Assembly: GCA_001818495.1 (NCBI GenBank)
Contig: MHKS01000005.1
Span: 250,038 to 314,037 of the forward strand
Reading direction: 5' to 3'
DNA: 64,000 bases
Source: Candidatus Komeilibacteria bacterium RIFOXYD1_FULL_37_29
GTDB lineage: Bacteria > Patescibacteriota > Patescibacteriia > UBA1558 > GWA2-36-10
The position numbers and the translations under genes were made by a program. Numbering within the stretch: position 1 is the stretch's first letter; each line of letters starts with the position of its first letter. Under the pieces are notes generated by a model. That model was given only the letters and a program-made list of their open reading frames with translations. It ran no database searches and had not been told where the DNA came from. Of this stretch, positions 60,595 through 64,000 are shown in pieces.

Positions 60595-61654
60595 TATTCC
60601 CAAATTTATTTTTGTTTTTATCTTGGCTCTAGTTTTATCTGGGGTCTTGGTAAAATTGGTCATGATTTTAGCGCGCCGTTTAAAGATTTTAGATTATCCC
60701 AATACTGATCGAAAGATTCATCAAAAACCCATACCGCTTTTAGGGGGCTTGGCTATCTACGGAGCTTTCTTACTAACGGTGTTTATTTTATGGCAACAGA
60801 AGCTACTACTAGATGGCCGAGTAGATTTGTCTATCATTGTCTGGTTTTTGCTAGCAGGCCTGGTTTTAATGATTAATGGCTATTTGGATGATAAATACTC
60901 CTTAGCCCCTAAAATAAGCATTGGGGGGCCTATTTTGGCCTCTCTGATAGTGATTGTCGGGGGTTTAAAGATTGCGTACATTACTAATCCGAGTGGTGGG
61001 GTATTATATCTAGATGGTTTGTTTAATTGGGATTTTATTGGGTTGGCTATTACATTTTTGTGGCTGATGGGGATTACTTATACTACCAAACTTTTAGATG
61101 GTATTGACGGCCTGACTTCCAGTATTGGACTGATTGCTAGCTTGGTTATCTTTGGCGTTAGTATGAGTTGGGATGTAGCTGGCTCAAGTACTTCTCTTTT
61201 ATCTTTAGCTTTGGCTGGTTCTATTCTTGGTTTTTTGATTTTTAATTGGCATCCCGCTAAGATATTTTTGGGAGAAGCTGGTAGTACATTTATTGGTTTT
61301 GCTCTCGGTGTTTTATCGATTATTTCTGGTTCTAAAATAGCTACAGCTCTTTTAGTTATGGGGCTACCGGTTTTGGATATTTTTTGGGTAATTATAAAAA
61401 GAATTAAGCGCGGTCAGGTTTTTTGGCATAGCGATCAGGAACACTTACATTTTCGACTGTTAAAAAGCGGGTTTTCCCAAAAACAGATTGTTTTATTTCT
61501 CAGCGCCGTTTCTTTGTCATTTGGAATAATTTCCATATTCTTTACTACTAAAATTAAAATCAGTGCTTTACTTATTGTAATAATTTTAATGATTATATTA
61601 AGTAGTTGGATAAATTATCGTTTAAGAGAACAAGATGAAAAAACAAAAATTTAA
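60584..61654 (+). CDS. glycosyltransferase family 4 polyprenyl-phosphate sugar-1-phosphate transferase (WecA/TagO/MraY-like)
   Basis: Polytopic membrane protein with INGYLDDKYSLAPK and TKLLDGIDGLTS motifs. Confidence 0.8.
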   Translation: MIFNIPKFIFVFILALVLSGVLVKLVMILARRLKILDYPNTDRKIHQKPIPLLGGLAIYGAFLLTVFILWQQKLLLDGRVDLSIIVWFLLAGLVLMINGYLDDKYSLAPKISIGGPILASLIVIVGGLKIAYITNPSGGVLYLDGLFNWDFIGLAITFLWLMGITYTTKLLDGIDGLTSSIGLIASLVIFGVSMSWDVAGSSTSLLSLALAGSILGFLIFNWHPAKIFLGEAGSTFIGFALGVLSIISGSKIATALLVMGLPVLDIFWVIIKRIKRGQVFWHSDQEHLHFRLLKSGFSQKQIVLFLSAVSLSFGIISIFFTTKIKISALLIVIILMIILSSWINYRLREQDEKTKI

Positions 61655-62099
61655 ATTAGTTATCTTGATAGCCGTCTTGGGCCTATTGACTATTGCTTAT
61701 TACAGTTTTGCTTATTTTAATAATAAGCCAACGGTGACTATCAATGGCCATGTCTTTGAGGTTGATGTGGCCGAAGAGGCTGATGATATAGAAAGAGGTT
61801 TGTCTGGGCGTAAAGATTTGGCTGATGACCAGGCTATGCTTTTTATTTTTCCTAGGAAGCAGGAATTAGCTTTTTGGATGCATGGCATGAATTTTAATGT
61901 TGATCTTTTATGGATAGATGGTAATAAGGTATTAGATTATGAAAAAAATATGCCAGCTCCAGGTGATAATACAGCCATTAGAGATTTGCCTAGATTTTTT
62001 CCGTCTCAGCCAGTTGATAAGGTTTTGGAAATAAAAGCCGGGCTGATTGATTTATTGGGTATAAAAATAGGGGACTCAGTTGATATAAATATTGACTAG
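61635..62099 (+). CDS. DUF192 family protein
   Basis: N-terminal TM, then ERGLSGRKDLADDQAMLFIF and FWMHGMNFNVDLLWID. Confidence 0.7.
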   Translation: MKKQKFKLVILIAVLGLLTIAYYSFAYFNNKPTVTINGHVFEVDVAEEADDIERGLSGRKDLADDQAMLFIFPRKQELAFWMHGMNFNVDLLWIDGNKVLDYEKNMPAPGDNTAIRDLPRFFPSQPVDKVLEIKAGLIDLLGIKIGDSVDINID

Positions 62100-62130
62100 T
62101 GTTAATTTATCAGGTAAGAGGTTTAAATAT

Positions 62131-62448
62131 ATGACAGCAGAGCGTTGGCAGGAGATAAAATTTCATATTAAGGAAAATTTTGGCATAGAAGACGAGTATG
62201 AAGAAGATTTAGATCCGGGGTTGGCTGAAGTTATACAATTTACCGGACCGCGGGGAAAAATGTTGGCCCGTTTTGTTACTCGGCCAAAATTATTGGATAA
62301 AAAGACTAGTTTTTCCAATCGAGTTGGCTCAAATGTCAAGGTGGATTATGTTTATTCGCCTGATGAGACAGCCTCTCATGTGGAAATGTATAGTTGGTCA
62401 GAACAGAAAGATGATTGGGTAAAACTGGATTCGGAGTCTTTATTGTAA
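62131..62448 (+). CDS. hypothetical protein
   Basis: The ATG at 62131 is preceded by a taagagg SD-like element. The ORF-track TTG at 62092 overlaps the DUF192 gene. Confidence 0.5.
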   Translation: MTAERWQEIKFHIKENFGIEDEYEEDLDPGLAEVIQFTGPRGKMLARFVTRPKLLDKKTSFSNRVGSNVKVDYVYSPDETASHVEMYSWSEQKDDWVKLDSESLL

Positions 62449-62461
62449 GTATTTAATAAGT

Positions 62462-62872
62462 ATGCAACAGACAAAACGTGTTTTAATGTTGATCCTAGCT
62501 TTTGCGGGGCTTGGTTTAGTGGCTGTATTTTTTACTCATGAAGCAGCTAAGCCGAGTGAATTAGTTTCTATGGAAAATTATGTTATTCATGTCGAACCGT
62601 GGATTAGTCAAGCCCACCGCGATCAATCTCTGGCCAATATAACAGTCGTAAGAGATAATTTTTTAAATTTTAAAGGTTCTGATCATTCTATGGGGGCAAC
62701 CCATCTAGCTCTATTTTTAGCTTTTGATGCTTGGCAGAGATTTTTAATAACTGGTGATAATAATAATATAAATCAGTCCCTCAAACATTTTTCTGTAGCC
62801 AAGGATTTGTTACCGGAACTGAGAGTAGAAATAGAAAATTTGGAAAATTTATTAAGACAAAAAAATGCTTAA
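62462..62872 (+). CDS. hypothetical membrane-anchored protein
   Basis: 136 aa with N-terminal TM VLMLILAFAGLGLVAVFF. Confidence 0.55.
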   Translation: MQQTKRVLMLILAFAGLGLVAVFFTHEAAKPSELVSMENYVIHVEPWISQAHRDQSLANITVVRDNFLNFKGSDHSMGATHLALFLAFDAWQRFLITGDNNNINQSLKHFSVAKDLLPELRVEIENLENLLRQKNA

Positions 62873-63590
62873 ATACTTAACAATTTTTATCAGCTCACTG
62901 TTACTGCTAGCTGGATTTTGGTCTTTATTTTATAGTCAAAAAAATATACATTATTGGTTAGTGGCCATAGCGGTGGCGGTGATTTTATTGTCTGGGCGTA
63001 TTTTATCCCGAAATAGATTTTTTCGTTTTAAGATATTGTGGCTCAATCTTATTTTTGTTTACATATCTCAGTTATTATTTCTTTTACTCTTGATTTCTGA
63101 AGAATGGCGATATCTTTTATCTCTGGTTTTGTCTTTATTATGGATGTTGATTTGGTGGCTCTTGGCCAAGTATTTTGAAAATATAGATAATATAGAAAAT
63201 AGCAATTATTTGGTAGTTAATAAGTTTTTTTATTATTTAGCTTTTTGGTTTTTAGCCACTAGTTTGTATTCCTTAGTTATTTTTATACACTTTCCCTTGC
63301 TTTATGCTTATTTGATCTGTATTGTTTTTACATTTTTTTGGTTAGTTGATATTGTCCGATATCAGGATAATTTTAGTTGGGTTAATCTAATTTTTTCCCT
63401 ATTTATTTTAAGCCAAATTTTGGTGGCAGTTTATTTATTGCCAGTTAGTTTTTATGTGGCTGGTACTATTGCAACTTTATGGTTTTTCTTTATAATAGAT
63501 AATACGGCCAATACTTTGAGGTCTTTTAAGCTATACTTAGGCCTATTTTTATTGATAACGATACTTTTATTAACTACTTCTATAATATAA
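62865..63590 (+). CDS. hypothetical polytopic membrane protein
   Basis: 241 aa with about 6-7 hydrophobic segments. Overlaps the upstream gene by 8 nt. Confidence 0.6.
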   Translation: MLKYLTIFISSLLLLAGFWSLFYSQKNIHYWLVAIAVAVILLSGRILSRNRFFRFKILWLNLIFVYISQLLFLLLLISEEWRYLLSLVLSLLWMLIWWLLAKYFENIDNIENSNYLVVNKFFYYLAFWFLATSLYSLVIFIHFPLLYAYLICIVFTFFWLVDIVRYQDNFSWVNLIFSLFILSQILVAVYLLPVSFYVAGTIATLWFFFIIDNTANTLRSFKLYLGLFLLITILLLTTSII

Positions 63591-63655
63591 TAAAATATAC
63601 GTGCTCGGTTAGAAATTTGTGGTAATAACCGGGCTAACAATTAATTTGATACTTT

Positions 63656-64000
63656 ATGCTTGATAATAAAATTTCTAATAGGACAGAAGATAGACACAAA
63701 CATTTTGAAAGGCCCACTACACAGCGGCCACCGTCCATGTTTAACCTGACTTTATGGGCTATTTTTGTCAGTCTAGCGGCTGGTTTTGGGGGTTATTTAT
63801 TGGCCAATTATATACTGCCGAGCAGTAATACCAATTATTTTAGCGTCGATAATTTAGGTCGAAATATCAATGTTGATATTGATCAACCTATGGTAGATAT
63901 TGGTAATCAACATCAAAAAAGCATAGCGGGAGTTTATAAAAAAGTAGCTACGGCTACTAGTATTGGCCAGACTATTTTTTCCCAAGAAGATTTTTTGGGA
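63656..64000 (+). CDS. membrane-anchored hypothetical protein, 3' end outside window
   Basis: ATG at 63656. I read 115 stop-free codons to the window edge, including TM LTLWAIFVSLAAGFGGYLLANYIL. Absent from the ORF track because it has no stop. Confidence 0.55.
   Translation, partial: MLDNKISNRTEDRHKHFERPTTQRPPSMFNLTLWAIFVSLAAGFGGYLLANYILPSSNTNYFSVDNLGRNINVDIDQPMVDIGNQHQKSIAGVYKKVATATSIGQTIFSQEDFLG

Overview
The window reads as a chromosome segment from an AT-rich, small-genome bacterium of the Candidate Phyla Radiation type (Patescibacteria/Parcubacteria-like). Three things support this: a near-complete str/S10/spc ribosomal-protein cluster with no L30 gene between rpsE and rplO, several r-proteins with K/E-rich extensions, and weak Shine-Dalgarno use with TGnTATAAT-type promoters. 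Gene order left to right: (i) a giant surface protein of more than 3,578 aa that runs off the 5' edge, followed by two paralogous membrane proteins with thrombospondin-type-3-like repeats; (ii) ybeY-dgkA-ftsA-ftsZ-nrdR; (iii) a cobalamin-riboswitch-like leader in front of a transcobalamin-like surface protein (alpha/alpha-toroid plus DUF4430-like domain); (iv) an accessory region that begins at a tRNA-Ser(CGA); (v) prfB, a split comEC, a receiver-only response regulator, ndk and rpmB; (vi) rpsL-rpsG-fusA, then a compositionally foreign insertion, then tuf-rpsJ...rplO-secY-adk-map; (vii) ruvX, a WecA/MraY-type transferase, DUF192 and membrane hypotheticals. The accessory region holds a GIY-YIG cassette bounded by a duplicated tRNA 3' end, a Type III R-M operon fused to a Shedu-like DUF4263 nuclease gene, and a very AT-rich cassette of about 6.7 kb bracketed by 250-bp direct repeats. 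That cassette is the most interesting candidate. It is a translationally coupled operon encoding an O-carbamoyltransferase, a SAM methyltransferase, a GT-B-like protein, a protein-kinase-like kinase, a thymidylate-synthase homolog and a P-loop kinase, with a convergent dCMP deaminase. The thymidylate-synthase homolog carries Asp at the Asn position that sets uracil versus cytosine specificity. This suggests a hydroxymethyl-pyrimidine (DNA or nucleoside) hypermodification pathway. All calls come from reading the translations and sequence by eye; no searches were run.
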